A DNA stretch of 64,000 nucleotides from Salinispira sp. (GCA_965602015.1 OZ271918.1:1696001-1760000); one strand, 5' to 3'. Shown: positions 11,081-21,455, counted from the first letter of the stretch. Numbers and translations are program-made. Notes: generated by a model from the sequence alone, not told the origin.

Positions 11081-11980
11081 CTACAGCCCGCTGGCTGCGT
11101 CTTGCAGTTGATCATAATATGCCTTCTCAAACTCTGCCGGAGGCATATATCCCAGGATTTCATAAATCCGTTTATTGTTGTACCAGCTTACCCATTCCAG
11201 CGTAGCAGCCTCAATAGCATCCAGGTTTTTCCACGGTCCTTTACGGTAGATCATTTCGGATTTGTACAGTCCGTTTATGGTTTCAGCCAGCGCGTTGTCA
11301 TATGAGCTGCCTACACTCCCAACAGATGGGGCAATGCCTTCTTCTGCTAAGCGGTCAGAATACCGGATTGACAGATACTGGCTCCCACGATCACTGTGGT
11401 GGATCAGCCCATTTTCAGGTTGCCTTGCCCACAGGGCTTGTTCCAGAGCATCCAGCGTCAGCTCTGCGCTCATGGACCTCGAGGCACGCCATCCGACGAT
11501 CATTCGTGAAAATACATCGATGATAAATGCCACATATACAAAACCCACCCAAGACGCGCAATAAGTGAAATCCGCCACCCACAGCTGATTCGGACGGTCG
11601 GCACTGAATTCCCTGTGCACCAAATCGAGCGGACGTTCATTTTTCGGGTCCGGTACTGTGGTTCGCACCTTGCGGCCTCGTATGACGCCTTTAAGCCCCA
11701 TGACAGCCATGAGACGGGCCACGGTACATCGTGCGATCTGGAATCCTTCTCGCTTCAGCTGGTGCCAGACCTTGCGAACGCCGTAAACCTCATAATTCTC
11801 ATCCCAAACCCTCTGGATCTCTGGCTTCAGGATTTCATCGCGCTTTACCCTTGCGGGAGCTGTTTCAGGGTGTTTTACTCGCTTTTTCTGTTCGTAGTAC
11901 ACCGAAGGAGCGATTGGCACCTGAGTACAAATCGGCTCGACCCCATAGTCATCGCGGTGTTCATCAATGAAGCAGACTAT
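11081..11980 (-). CDS. IS3 transposase OrfB (DDE), probably expressed by -1 frameshift or coupling
   Basis: WVADFTY, HHSDRGSQY, DNALAE motifs; the frame is open upstream of 11920 (IVCFIDEHRDDYGVEPIC) and overlaps the orfA stop. Confidence 0.9.
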   Translation of the reverse strand: MVCFIDEHRDDYGVEPICTQVPIAPSVYYEQKKRVKHPETAPARVKRDEILKPEIQRVWDENYEVYGVRKVWHQLKREGFQIARCTVARLMAVMGLKGVIRGRKVRTTVPDPKNERPLDLVHREFSADRPNQLWVADFTYCASWVGFVYVAFIIDVFSRMIVGWRASRSMSAELTLDALEQALWARQPENGLIHHSDRGSQYLSIRYSDRLAEEGIAPSVGSVGSSYDNALAETINGLYKSEMIYRKGPWKNLDAIEAATLEWVSWYNNKRIYEILGYMPPAEFEKAYYDQLQDAASGL

Positions 11981-12303
11981 TTCTTGTGTTGGCGGTCGAG
12001 CTCCGCCTTCGCGAAATATGCGGAAGCCAGACGTAGAATCTCATTGGCTTTCTTGAGCTCCCGGTTCTCCCGCTCGAGCTCCTTGATTCGCTTCTTCTCG
12101 TCGGTTGTAAGTCCCTCCCGACTACCATTATCTTTCTCGGCTTGGCGAACCCACCGCCGTAACGTCTCTGCAGTACAGCCTATCTTTTCAGCTATCGACT
12201 CAATTGCGGCCCACTGAGAATCATATTCACCTTTGGCGGCGAATACCATGCGGATTGCCCGCTCCTTAACTTCCTCAGAAAACCTGCTGTTTTTCTTTAC
12301 CAT
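11977..12303 (-). CDS. IS3 transposase OrfA
   Basis: HTH (IAEKIGCTAETLRRWV) plus leucine zipper (ELERENRELKKANEIL). Confidence 0.92.
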   Translation of the reverse strand: MVKKNSRFSEEVKERAIRMVFAAKGEYDSQWAAIESIAEKIGCTAETLRRWVRQAEKDNGSREGLTTDEKKRIKELERENRELKKANEILRLASAYFAKAELDRQHKK

Positions 12304-12353
12304 GACTCCATCCTCTCACAAGATTTTGTCTCCGGTAAAGCCGGGGCGGTTCA

Positions 12354-13103
12354 CTTCAAAAAGCAGGCACACTGCCTACTGTGTGGATTCCACCAGGAGA
12401 ATTGCGTGATAAACGAGAACTCTATCGAACCCGGATGCAGTTCGTTCAGGAGTTGATACGTGAAAAGAACCAAATTCATGCCGGGTTCGAGAAATATGGG
12501 TTTCGATTCAATGATGTGAGCGATCTGTTCGGAAAAGCAGGTACAGAAGCCATGAAGAAGGTAATGCCAAAACTCCCCGAGCATACCCGCACCATGATGA
12601 AACTCAAGCTCGATAATCTCGCGTTTATTAAGCAATCTATCACCGACTGCGAACAACGAATGCATGAAGCGTTTGATGAAAATGCTGAAATGAAGTTGGT
12701 GAAATCCATTCCCGGGATCGGATTTATTCTCAGCGCAGTCATTGTGCATGAAATTGGAGACATACATCGCTTTAAGACCGCTGAACATTTTGCATCATAC
12801 TGTGGTACAACGCCGCGCGTTCACTCGAGCGGAGGTAAAACTCATTATGGTCGAACATCGAAAGCATGTAATCGATACTTGAAGTGGGCACTTACTGAAG
12901 CAGCTAATGTAACCTGTCTTAATCAAAGAAATTGGGCGAACCGACATACGGTAAAACTCTACAAGAGAGTTCGTACTAAACGTAATCATAAGGTTGCAAT
13001 AATCGCCGTGGCACGGCACTTAGCAGAAGCAATATTTTGGATATTGCAGAAAGAACAGCATTACAAAGATCCTGCATTAGCGGGTTTGTCCAGACAGGGG
13101 TAA
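12354..13103 (+). pseudogene. IS110-family transposase, N-terminally truncated by IS3
   Basis: SIPGIG, EIGDIHRF, YCGTTPRVHSSGG, AVARHLA; the RuvC-like N-terminus is missing and the fragment abuts the IS3 end. Confidence 0.85.
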
Positions 13104-13479
13104 GCGCGTTTTTGGGGCTACAGCGCGAATACGAGGCTGTGCAAAGTGATTGCGACACCCCTGGAAGGACATTTTCATGCCACGTGGATGGCGGAGATAT
13201 GACTCGGACAAAACCGATTTGCAGAATTTTTGTAATAGAACATTGAAAACTCTTGCGGGGAGGCACCGCTTTCAGATATGCCCCTAAGCTTGTTGAATTT
13301 ATTAAGAGCTCGCAGGATACCGGGATTGAAACGGGAGTCCCGCACGAGATACGGAATAAAATTGCCTTGTTCAACAAGCTTCCGGGCAAGGTGTATTTAA
13401 CATAATTCTATGTCTCCCTTGACGCATATTTAATATTATCCTATTTATATATAAATTTTTAATTATATATGAGGAATAT

Positions 13480-13719
13480 ATGGCACGAATCATAATCGAC
13501 GTTCGAAGTGCAGCAGAATACAGTAACGGACATGTGGCCAGAAGCAGAAACCTTCCATTAGGACAACTCAGGAGTAAAATCTCAAAGTACGCACAGCGCT
13601 TAGATGAGATTTGGGTATGTTGCGCCAGCGGTAGCAGAAGTGGAACAGCCCGAAAGCAGCTATTAGAGATGGGGTATAAACGGGTCAAGGACATAGGACC
13701 CTGGACAAATCTAAAATAA
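13480..13719 (+). CDS. Rhodanese-like domain protein
   Basis: IDVRSAAEYSNGH, CASGSRS active-site loop; GAGG RBS. Confidence 0.88.
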   Translation: MARIIIDVRSAAEYSNGHVARSRNLPLGQLRSKISKYAQRLDEIWVCCASGSRSGTARKQLLEMGYKRVKDIGPWTNLK

Positions 13720-13748
13720 TTACCATATGGATATATAGCGCCTTCAAG

Positions 13749-14217
13749 ATGAGGAGCAAATCTAAGTCTGATACCAACACCCAGTACAACAATCTACCCA
13801 TTAAAGCGAATCTGCTGCGTGCATCGAATCGAGAAGGGATCGAAGATCGCTTCGAACCCGAAGCAGTTCGACAATCGATTCTCGCGGACAAGTATTTACT
13901 CGATCATTACGACCGAGCAATCCTTGATATTGAGTCGACAGTCATGCGCCAAGCAAAAGCGGATGATGCATACGCGCTCAACCTCCTGCGCTCAATTCCA
14001 GGCATTAGACCAGTACTCGCCCTTACTATTCTCTATGAAGTCGGTGATATAGAACACTTCCCCAAGGTCGGCAATTTCATCTCCTATTCTCGCCTGGTCA
14101 AAGGCGCTCATGAGTCAGCGGGAAAACGATCTAAGGGAGGACATAACAAGATCGGAAATGCACATCTGAAATGGGCATTCAGTGAAGCGGCAGTCTTACT
14201 CATCCGGGAGAGAGATG
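13749..14217 (+). pseudogene. Second IS110-family transposase fragment
   Basis: LLRSIPGI, EVGDIEHF, HESAGK, GNAHLKWAFSEAA; truncated on both sides. Confidence 0.8.
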
Positions 14218-14239
14218 TGAACCGCCCCGGAAATCCCGG
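14218..14239. mobile_element. Isolated 22-bp IS3 terminal inverted repeat remnant
   Basis: TGAACCGCCCCGGAAATCCCGG matches the IS3 end at 11043 with one mismatch. Confidence 0.8.
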
Positions 14240-14442
14240 TGTAGACTGGCACATTAAATTGAGCAAACCGGCAAAGAAAATCTCAGAAACAGTTAAACAA
14301 TCTCTCAATCTGCTTAGGCAATAATTTACCCCTACCGAAATAAAAAAAAAGAGCAATGGGTCGAAAGTTTGGCGACTTCCCCATTGCTCTGACATCTCTC
14401 CCCAAGGGGAAAAACTAAACGTTATTTACTTGTCGGATAGAT

Positions 14443-14940
14443 TTGGAAAAAGTTCAAGAGGAAGGCAAGCAGTACTGCTGGAAAAAGCCAGGAAACTGTC
14501 CCGAATGCGGTAGCTGTAGACTGTGGGGGCATGGATTCGTCTTACGGAATTTCGTCGGGTTTTCTCTGGGTCTGTGGATGAAACGCTATCGATGCCCGGA
14601 CTGTTATGCTGTTCACACCTGCAGGCCAGATACTTTTCTACCGGGAATGCAATATCCTGTTCAAACTCAAATCTCCAGCCTGGAAGCAAAGCTTGCAGGA
14701 AAGCCGTTCCTTCAAACTGTGTCGAGGTAGATCCAGCAGCATTGGTGGAAGACATTTCTCAACCACTGCCGCCGTAGCGGCAACTGGACTGCCCCACATT
14801 CGGTTTTCCTCCGCAGGCAGAGCGATGATCAAATACCAGTAACAACCAGGCGAATATACCGTGAGATCTGGTCAGAAGCCTGTGTACCCTACCTGCCTTT
14901 TGCGCTGACAGTGAAACCGCGTCCATTTAGCCTTGAGTGA
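14443..14940 (+). pseudogene. Zn-finger accessory ORF (CPxC...CPxC) with premature stop
   Basis: TAG at 14728-14730 where copy 2 has CAG; otherwise collinear with 34219-34716. Confidence 0.8.
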
Positions 14941-14969
14941 GAAAACGTATCACTCTCAAGGAGGAGAAA

Positions 14970-16253
14970 ATGGACAGAGAAAAGAAAGAAAAGATCGCAG
15001 TATTCCGCTTCGGGGTCATCTTTCCGCTTGTGGAGAAAGACCTACACCAGTATTGGGGAGAGAAAGAGCGAATCCTGCGGGAGCTGGTCAGCAAGGAATG
15101 GGAGATTCCCTTTTCAAACCGAAACTACATCAGCAAGGCCACCATCCTGACCTGGGTAAAGCGCTACGAAGATGGCGGGCGGAAAATCGAAGCCTTGTTC
15201 CCCGAAAGCCGGGGAGACAAGGGGCGAATGAGAAGCATTACCGATGAGCAAATTGATGCGCTCATGCTGCTTCGAAAAGAGCATCCAAAACTCTCCACCC
15301 CGCGTCTGGTTGAAATTGCTCAAGGAAACGGCGTCTTTCCGTCCGGAAAAGAGGTCTCCATGGCCAGCATTTACCGGCTCATGAAGATCCGCAAAGCCCA
15401 ACGGGTCAAGGTCGAGTCTGACATGAGGAAGTTCGAGGTACAACTACCCAACGACCTGTGGCAGTCAGACTGCATGCACGGTCCGAAAGTTCTGCATGGC
15501 GGGAAACTGAGAAAGACCTATCTGTTTGCAATCATTGACGACCATTCAAGGCTCATTACCCATGGCCAGTTCTACCTGGCTGAAACACTGGAAAATTACC
15601 TGGACTGCTTATGGACGGCGTTACGCAAGCGGGGAGTTCCCCGAAAGCTCTATGTCGATAACGGGGCATCATTTAAGGCGCACAGGCTCCAGTTGGGATG
15701 TGCTTCGCTGGAAATCGGGCTGCGCTATGCACGGCCGTACCGACCCCAGGGAAAGGGCAAGATTGAACGGTTCTTTCGTACCGTACGTAGCCAGTTTATC
15801 CCCGAGCTTCCCGAAGAACTTCCCCTGGATGAGATCAACCGGCTGTTTCACCACTACATTGAAAACGGTTATCACCAGAGGATCCATGGCGGTACGGGGC
15901 AGAAGCCCCTGGAGCGTTACCTGCAGGATGCCCATGCCTTGCGAAAAGCGCCGGAGAACTTGCCTGAATACTTTCGAAAACGCGAGGAGCGAACGGTAAA
16001 CAACGACCGGACAGTGAAACTCGATGGCCGTTTGTATGAAGCTCCTGCAGGTTTGGTGGGCATGAAAGTCGTCCTGCGGTTTGAGAATTACGATCGGATT
16101 GAAGTCTTTCTCGAGAATCAGTCAAAGGGATTCTTAAGAGATCTGGATCAGGGAGTGAACAGCCGCATTAAGCGGGACGGCACGGGTCCGGTCATGCCGT
16201 CGGCTTCGGGGGGAGCTCTTTTTGAAAAGCTGGGCTCAAAGGCAGGTAGCTAA
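14970..16253 (+). CDS. Mu-like DDE transposase/integrase
   Basis: WQSD, YVDNG, GKGKIERFF; Mu-transposase-like C-terminus (RTVNNDRTVKLDG); ATG at 14970 after GGAGGAG. Confidence 0.9.
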   Translation: MDREKKEKIAVFRFGVIFPLVEKDLHQYWGEKERILRELVSKEWEIPFSNRNYISKATILTWVKRYEDGGRKIEALFPESRGDKGRMRSITDEQIDALMLLRKEHPKLSTPRLVEIAQGNGVFPSGKEVSMASIYRLMKIRKAQRVKVESDMRKFEVQLPNDLWQSDCMHGPKVLHGGKLRKTYLFAIIDDHSRLITHGQFYLAETLENYLDCLWTALRKRGVPRKLYVDNGASFKAHRLQLGCASLEIGLRYARPYRPQGKGKIERFFRTVRSQFIPELPEELPLDEINRLFHHYIENGYHQRIHGGTGQKPLERYLQDAHALRKAPENLPEYFRKREERTVNNDRTVKLDGRLYEAPAGLVGMKVVLRFENYDRIEVFLENQSKGFLRDLDQGVNSRIKRDGTGPVMPSASGGALFEKLGSKAGS

Positions 16254-17059
16254 TGGATACGCTGCGCCACCACTTTGGATTCCGGCACAACCCGTTCCCG
16301 CAGAATGTAGCGGTAAAGGACCTGTACCCCTTACCGGCATTGGAACCCCTGCAGAAGCGGGTGTTCTTTGCCCTGGAGCAGAAAGCCATTGCCGTCATCA
16401 CCGGAGATGTGGGGTCGGGAAAGTCTACGTCATTGCGCTATGTCTCAAGCAAATGCCATTCGAGTGAGTATGAACTGATTACCATTGTCGGCGGGAACTT
16501 CTCACCCATGGAACTGTACCGGCAGATCCTGCTCACTTTCGGCATGAGCTATATGTCGTTCCAGGTATCGATCATGATCTCGAAGATCCGGGAGCTTATT
16601 CTGGAAATTGCATCCCGCAATGTCATCCCGGTGCTGGTAATCGATGAGGCTCATCTGCTGAAACGGTCAGTGTTTACCCAGCTGCATACCCTTGCTCAGT
16701 TTGAATTCGATTCCAAACCGGTCATGCCGATGATTCTCTGCGGTCAGGATTTCCTGCTCGATCATCTGATGGCTAACTCAGTTCGGCCTCTGGCGTCCCG
16801 GGTGCTGGGCAAGAATCATCTGGAGTCTATTAAGAAGGAGGTGATGGAAGATTACCTGAATCATCACATCACCCTGGCCGGGGGAACAAAGAAAGCATTC
16901 AGTGATGAGGCGATCTTTGCCATTCATCAGGGATCCGGTGGTCTCTTGCGGAAAGCCAACTCCCTGGCGAAAACGGCTCTCCTTGCCTGCGCCGGAGATG
17001 GTGGACAGACTGTTTCTGCAGAACACGTCCGGGTCGCTTCCACCGAGATTTTTATGTAA
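16253..17059 (+). CDS. ExeA-like AAA+ ATPase (transposition helper)
   Basis: Walker A GDVGSGKS, Walker B VIDEAH; TAATG coupling to the transposase. Confidence 0.9.
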   Translation: MDTLRHHFGFRHNPFPQNVAVKDLYPLPALEPLQKRVFFALEQKAIAVITGDVGSGKSTSLRYVSSKCHSSEYELITIVGGNFSPMELYRQILLTFGMSYMSFQVSIMISKIRELILEIASRNVIPVLVIDEAHLLKRSVFTQLHTLAQFEFDSKPVMPMILCGQDFLLDHLMANSVRPLASRVLGKNHLESIKKEVMEDYLNHHITLAGGTKKAFSDEAIFAIHQGSGGLLRKANSLAKTALLACAGDGGQTVSAEHVRVASTEIFM

Positions 17060-17168
17060 ATGCTGCCCCTGCCGCGAATGCGGCAGGGGGTACCCTTCGT
17101 CAGTTTTACTTGTAAAATTGTTTGTCTGTACGTGCGAGGGTTAGGCTAATTTAATGTGCGAAGCTACA

Positions 17169-18058
17169 CACATTGCGGTAGTAGTGAACAACACACCGTT
17201 GCCAACGGGCTTTCGGAAAAAACTCCTTGATGGATTCTACAAGTCCAATGCATTTATCAGTGATAAATAGCTGACTATCCTTCAATCCACGAGCTTTCAG
17301 ATGGGTCAAGAAATTGCTCCAACCGGCTTTATCTTCCTTTTCACCTTCAACAATGCCCAATACGCTGCGATATCCGCTCTCTGAGACACCGATTGCCACC
17401 AGGATACTGACATTTCGCACTTCACCGGCCCAGGAGCGCTTGAGAATTGTACCGTCCAGGTAGACATAGGGATAGTCTTCGGTTAGCGGCTTATTGCGCC
17501 AGGCATCGATTTTCTCGTAGATCTCTTGATTGAGATTGCTGATTGTTGAGGGACTTACTTTGGTTCCCCAGAGCGCTTCGGTGATATCTTCTACCCGGCG
17601 GACGGAAACCCCGGCAAGATACATTTCTACCAACGCTTCCTCGACAGAAGTTTCCCGGCGCTTGTAGCGCTCGATTATTGCAGTTTCGAAGGGCAAGTTT
17701 CGAAGCTTGGGAACTTTGAGCTCGACTCGACCGGCGGTAGTATCGAGCTTTCGCTTGTAGTGCCCGGCTCGGGTGTCTTTGCGCGCATCTGTGCGCTCGT
17801 ACTTTTCTGCCTGGATCAGCCGATCGGCTTCTGCATCGAGCATGGCATTCAGAGTTTCTTCGACGGTTTCTTTGACCATCTGGGTTACCTGACTCTGTAC
17901 GAGACCCTCATCAATTTGTATGATCCTCCGAGTGGGATCGTTCTTCGGTTCCATTCTGTCCTCCTGGTTGAATGGTCTTGTGGTGATTCCATTTCAGCAT
18001 TGGAGGACATTTTTTTTCAATATCTTTTTTGAATGTGCGAAATTTTTTGGACGCTATC
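17169..18058 (-). mobile_element. Truncated IS256-family element (different member); transposase 17954 to 17169 lacks its C-terminus
   Basis: GVSVRRV, YLDG, WQRCVVHYYRNV then interrupted by the Mu-like element end; IR-like GATAGCGTCCAAAAAATTTCGCACATT read from 18058 on the - strand. Confidence 0.85.
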
Positions 18059-18509
18059 TCGCCATAGCGGGGCGTCGTGTTCTAATGGAAGAAAAACATG
18101 CGGCATTGCGACCGCCGAATATTTCCATTGTAGGATGCCCGTTTCGCTGAATCCCTTGTCCTTGATTGGTGAGCTGTCCTGTGTCCTTTTATAAATACGA
18201 AGTGTGCCGTTGGTCATTTGCTTGTCTGACCGTTTAAGAACCTGCATATGTAACTGAGGCAAGGCATCTGCCTTCGACCTCCTCTTTTGAATCAGGCTGA
18301 AACGGATACTGAATTAATTCTACGGCTGGCAATGACTGCCTGATCGTCTATATGTGTTTGGTGCAGACAAGTTCTGCTACCCAGGGAAGAATAATCCCCT
18401 CAGACAATGAATGACTTTCGGCACAGGTCGTCAGCAATCTGCTGTGGAAACGGAAATTTTTCGGGGCCGGGTTAGAAACGTCCCTTGACGTCGGGGGGCC
18501 TTATATGTG

Positions 18510-19298
18510 TTATATTGCTTGAAATTCTTCTTTATCAAAATGTCTTCTAAAAATGATTACCTGGTTGGCAAGGTAGAAAACTGTCGTAGGAATTAACAGA
18601 AGAGTGAAAATAATGTTCATAGAACTGGAGTGCATTAAATTCTCACCTCGTGTCACTGAAATTATCACAATTGGAACTATCGTTGCAGCGTAGACTACTA
18701 AAAATGGAACTATTCCAAGGATTGTATGTAGAGTATTTTGTTTATAAACTTTAATTCCAATTTTTGTAGCAGACCAAAATTGATATTTTGTTACTGTTGC
18801 AACGGGTAGGATATGCACGACCCGAACCATGCCAAATAACACAAGTACAAAAGTGACAATTATAGATATATTTAAAAAAATATTGCTGTCACTTTGGAAG
18901 GCAATTTGTAATACTGTTGGAATCATCGCACCAATTACTGCTAATAACCAATAAGGTATCAGCCTAATCAATATAAATAATATTGTAACTAAAAGACTTG
19001 GTAGTCTGCGTATAACAAAAAATAGCAAATTACTTGAAGCCCGAGGTGATTCGACCGGCTCTAATAATTTAAGAAAGAAGTATAAATAAACTATGCTGGA
19101 TAGAATCCCAAAAATAGCAATGAAAAGATAATCTCCAATCGACTGCGTTTCAATATCTCCTTGTATACTTCCAGGGCGAACTATCAGCTGTCCGAAGGAT
19201 ATAACCATTGAAAAAACGGCGAAGTGAATCAGGGGTCTTTTATTCAGAAGAATAAAGTCTTTAACTACACTAAAATGTGTTTTAAGATTTTCTATCAT
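18510..19298 (-). CDS. Cassette 19: multi-pass membrane protein
   Basis: 262 aa hydrophobic, AT-rich; stop codon lies within the ATATAAC R'' box (18509-18515). Confidence 0.8.
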   Translation of the reverse strand: MIENLKTHFSVVKDFILLNKRPLIHFAVFSMVISFGQLIVRPGSIQGDIETQSIGDYLFIAIFGILSSIVYLYFFLKLLEPVESPRASSNLLFFVIRRLPSLLVTILFILIRLIPYWLLAVIGAMIPTVLQIAFQSDSNIFLNISIIVTFVLVLFGMVRVVHILPVATVTKYQFWSATKIGIKVYKQNTLHTILGIVPFLVVYAATIVPIVIISVTRGENLMHSSSMNIIFTLLLIPTTVFYLANQVIIFRRHFDKEEFQAI

Positions 19299-19333
19299 AA
19301 AAAAAAATATATCACATTTAGTAAAATATTAGT

Positions 19334-20584
19334 GGGCACCTCTGGAAACTCGATGTTCAGCCGCCTGGATGCGCATAACACCTGGTTTTCCTTTTTACCC
19401 GCTTACTTTTTCACATCGGTAACTGCGGTCACCGATCCATTGCTATCTATTCCGGTGGTTTACCCCACTGGTTGCTTAACCAGGAAGCAGAATCTCTGAA
19501 GATTGTACACAAGGTTTCCAAGGCCAATCTCAAAATCTGCTCGTTGTAATCCTTTTCTCCGAATTACCCGGAAATTAAGAACATGCTTCTTGTGAGCAAA
19601 TACATGCTCAACCCGGGAGCGTGTTTTAGACCACAAGGCATTTTCTTTGCTCTGCTCCGCAGTAATCGGGGTACCGCGTTTTCCTTTGTGCATTATGCGG
19701 GCACAATCTTTTCCTGCTGTCCGGATTACCGCGGTTAAACATTTCTGTCCCCAGTAGCCCTTGTCCGCGAATACTTCCTGACGAAAATCCTGTTCCCTGT
19801 TCAGCACCGGCGCAAAAGACTCCGAATCATGGACTGACGCATTTGTTGAATGGTAGTCCAGTATTAACTTGGAACCGTTATCTATTTTTGCAGTATTCTT
19901 ATAGCCAAAATAGGACTTACCGTGTTTCACGGTCCAACCGGCATCCATATCAATCTGACTTCGACGAGGGCTGGATTCACTTTCTTCAGTATCCTCACTT
20001 TCAGCTTCAAATTTCTCTTTTTCACCCTTCTTAAGATGACGTTTCGGCGCTTCAATAACCTCCGCATCAACAATACGTCCATCATTCAGGATAAGTTCGT
20101 TGTCGTACAAAACAGCATCAAATCTCCCGAACAGCTTTTTCATTGCTCCTGTTTTTGTCAGCTTCTCTCGAAACTCCCAGATGGTTTTTTCATCAGGCAC
20201 CTTGTCACCGCTGCGAAGGCCAATAAAATCTCTGAAGCTTGTTCTGTCTTCAACCTGAAATTCCAGTTCCCCGTCGCTGAGATTATATATGCGTCCCAGA
20301 ATCAGCATCTTAAACTTCATCAGTTCATCGAAAGCCGGGCGTCCACCCGGTCCTTTGGGGATGCTTTTGAGGGCTCTGCGGATAATCGGCCTAAAAATTT
20401 CCCAATTAATGTGTTCATTCAGCTGCAGTAGCTTGTTACGCTTTCTAAGGCGCTCAAGTCTGGCATTTTCTTCACTGTCTGAAAATGATAATTGGGATCC
20501 CATATAAATCCTCCGGATGCAATCTCCGGTTATTCTAGGTTTATTGCCTTCCTTTGTAAATTCTTCGAGTTTCCAGAGGTGCCC
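19334..20584 (-). mobile_element. IS5-family element, copy 2
   Basis: Same IRs as copy 1; TSD TAGT (19330-19333, 20585-20588). Confidence 0.95.
19460..20503 (-). CDS. IS5-family DDE transposase
   Basis: Protein identical to 7850-8893. Confidence 0.93.
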   Translation of the reverse strand: MGSQLSFSDSEENARLERLRKRNKLLQLNEHINWEIFRPIIRRALKSIPKGPGGRPAFDELMKFKMLILGRIYNLSDGELEFQVEDRTSFRDFIGLRSGDKVPDEKTIWEFREKLTKTGAMKKLFGRFDAVLYDNELILNDGRIVDAEVIEAPKRHLKKGEKEKFEAESEDTEESESSPRRSQIDMDAGWTVKHGKSYFGYKNTAKIDNGSKLILDYHSTNASVHDSESFAPVLNREQDFRQEVFADKGYWGQKCLTAVIRTAGKDCARIMHKGKRGTPITAEQSKENALWSKTRSRVEHVFAHKKHVLNFRVIRRKGLQRADFEIGLGNLVYNLQRFCFLVKQPVG

Positions 20585-20590
20585 TAGTCA

Positions 20591-20706
20591 ATATAACAAC
20601 CACTTAACCTGTGAGCCGTAATTGGCGTGGAGTTTGCCCTGCCCTTCAGGGCAGGAATAGCAGACTCCATGACAATAGGCGAATCAGGTTGAAGTGCTTG
20701 TTATAT
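20591..20706 (-). repeat. attC site
   Basis: ATATAACAACCACTTAACCTGTGAGCCG...CGAATCAGGTTGAAGTGCTTGTTATAT. Confidence 0.93.
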
Positions 20707-21099
20707 TGCCCAATTCTCTATCTCTAACTCAGTAATCCGGCCGAAATGCTTTTCATTGTTTGTTACAAGAATCAGGTTATGTGTAATAGCTGTCGAGGCA
20801 ATCAATAAATCCATATCTGCAATAATGTTTCCATCCATTGCAAGTTTTGCTTTGAGTTGGCCAAAAGTTTCCATAACTGAATGAGTAATTGGCAGCAGAG
20901 GAAATATTTCTGCGATTCGATGAATGTTGGCCAGATTTTTTTCTCTATGAGTAGATTTATTAGCACCATATATTAATTCACCATAGGAAATAACAGAGAG
21001 AGATTTAGGTGAGTTTATATTTTTCTCGAAGTTCGATATAACCGTGGAGTGATTTTTGAGGCTATAGACTATTATGTCCGTATCAATCAAATAATTCAT
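20701..21099 (-). CDS. vapC: Cassette 18: VapC PIN-domain toxin
   Basis: YLIDTD, SYGEL, DLLIASTA, LVTNNEKHF. Confidence 0.9.
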   Translation of the reverse strand: MNYLIDTDIIVYSLKNHSTVISNFEKNINSPKSLSVISYGELIYGANKSTHREKNLANIHRIAEIFPLLPITHSVMETFGQLKAKLAMDGNIIADMDLLIASTAITHNLILVTNNEKHFGRITELEIENWAI

Positions 21100-21361
21100 T
21101 CGAGTTCTCAAAGCGATCGGAATTTCCCCTGGACCGTTTTATATCCATTACTATTTCTTCCGCAGATCGATCATCTGTCCAGCTTCCTGCCATTTGAAGA
21201 AATTCTTTTGTCGGATTTTTATGAAACTGTTCCGGTGTAGATAAATACTTTTGGATGATTAATATGACTTCTTGGCTAACCGAGCGCTTCTCCATCGCCG
21301 CCCGTTCTTTCAGCGAGTTATACAATTTATCATCGATGTCTTTCACTTGGAGATTTGCCAT
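21083..21361 (-). CDS. Cassette 18: ribbon-helix-helix (FitA-like) antitoxin
   Basis: MANLQVKDIDDKLYNSLKERAAMEKRSVSQEV; GGGAGG RBS; overlaps the toxin gene. Confidence 0.85.
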   Translation of the reverse strand: MANLQVKDIDDKLYNSLKERAAMEKRSVSQEVILIIQKYLSTPEQFHKNPTKEFLQMAGSWTDDRSAEEIVMDIKRSRGNSDRFENSNELFD

Positions 21362-21455
21362 GAGGTTCCTCCCAAACACGTATTATTCATGAAATATTAG
21401 TATATTTTCATGCAAATGTAATTGTAATCCGGAATCCTTCAGGGGTCAATATAAC

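Larger units (their letters stand above)
11043..12353 (-). mobile_element. IS3-family element (IS51-like)
   Basis: TGAACCGCCCCGG...CCGGGGCGGTTCA termini; orfA and orfB in -1 phase; no TSD visible. Confidence 0.92.
14240..17168 (+). mobile_element. Three-gene Mu-like/IS21-like transposable element, copy 1
   Basis: TGTAG...CTACA termini with imperfect IR (ATTAAATT/AATTTAAT); same organisation as 34019-36944; no TSD. Confidence 0.88.

Noticed and set aside
16253..17059. Type II secretion ExeA, or a CRISPR-associated transposon
   Set aside because: The ATPase lies inside a duplicated TG...CA element next to a transposase; there are no T2SS, cas or array components.
18017..18262. 81-aa ORF
   Set aside because: Runs into the IS256 end; no recognisable features.
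19334..20584. IS5 as a second attC-targeting element
   Set aside because: It is close to an attC here, but the other copy (7724) has no attC context and a different TSD.
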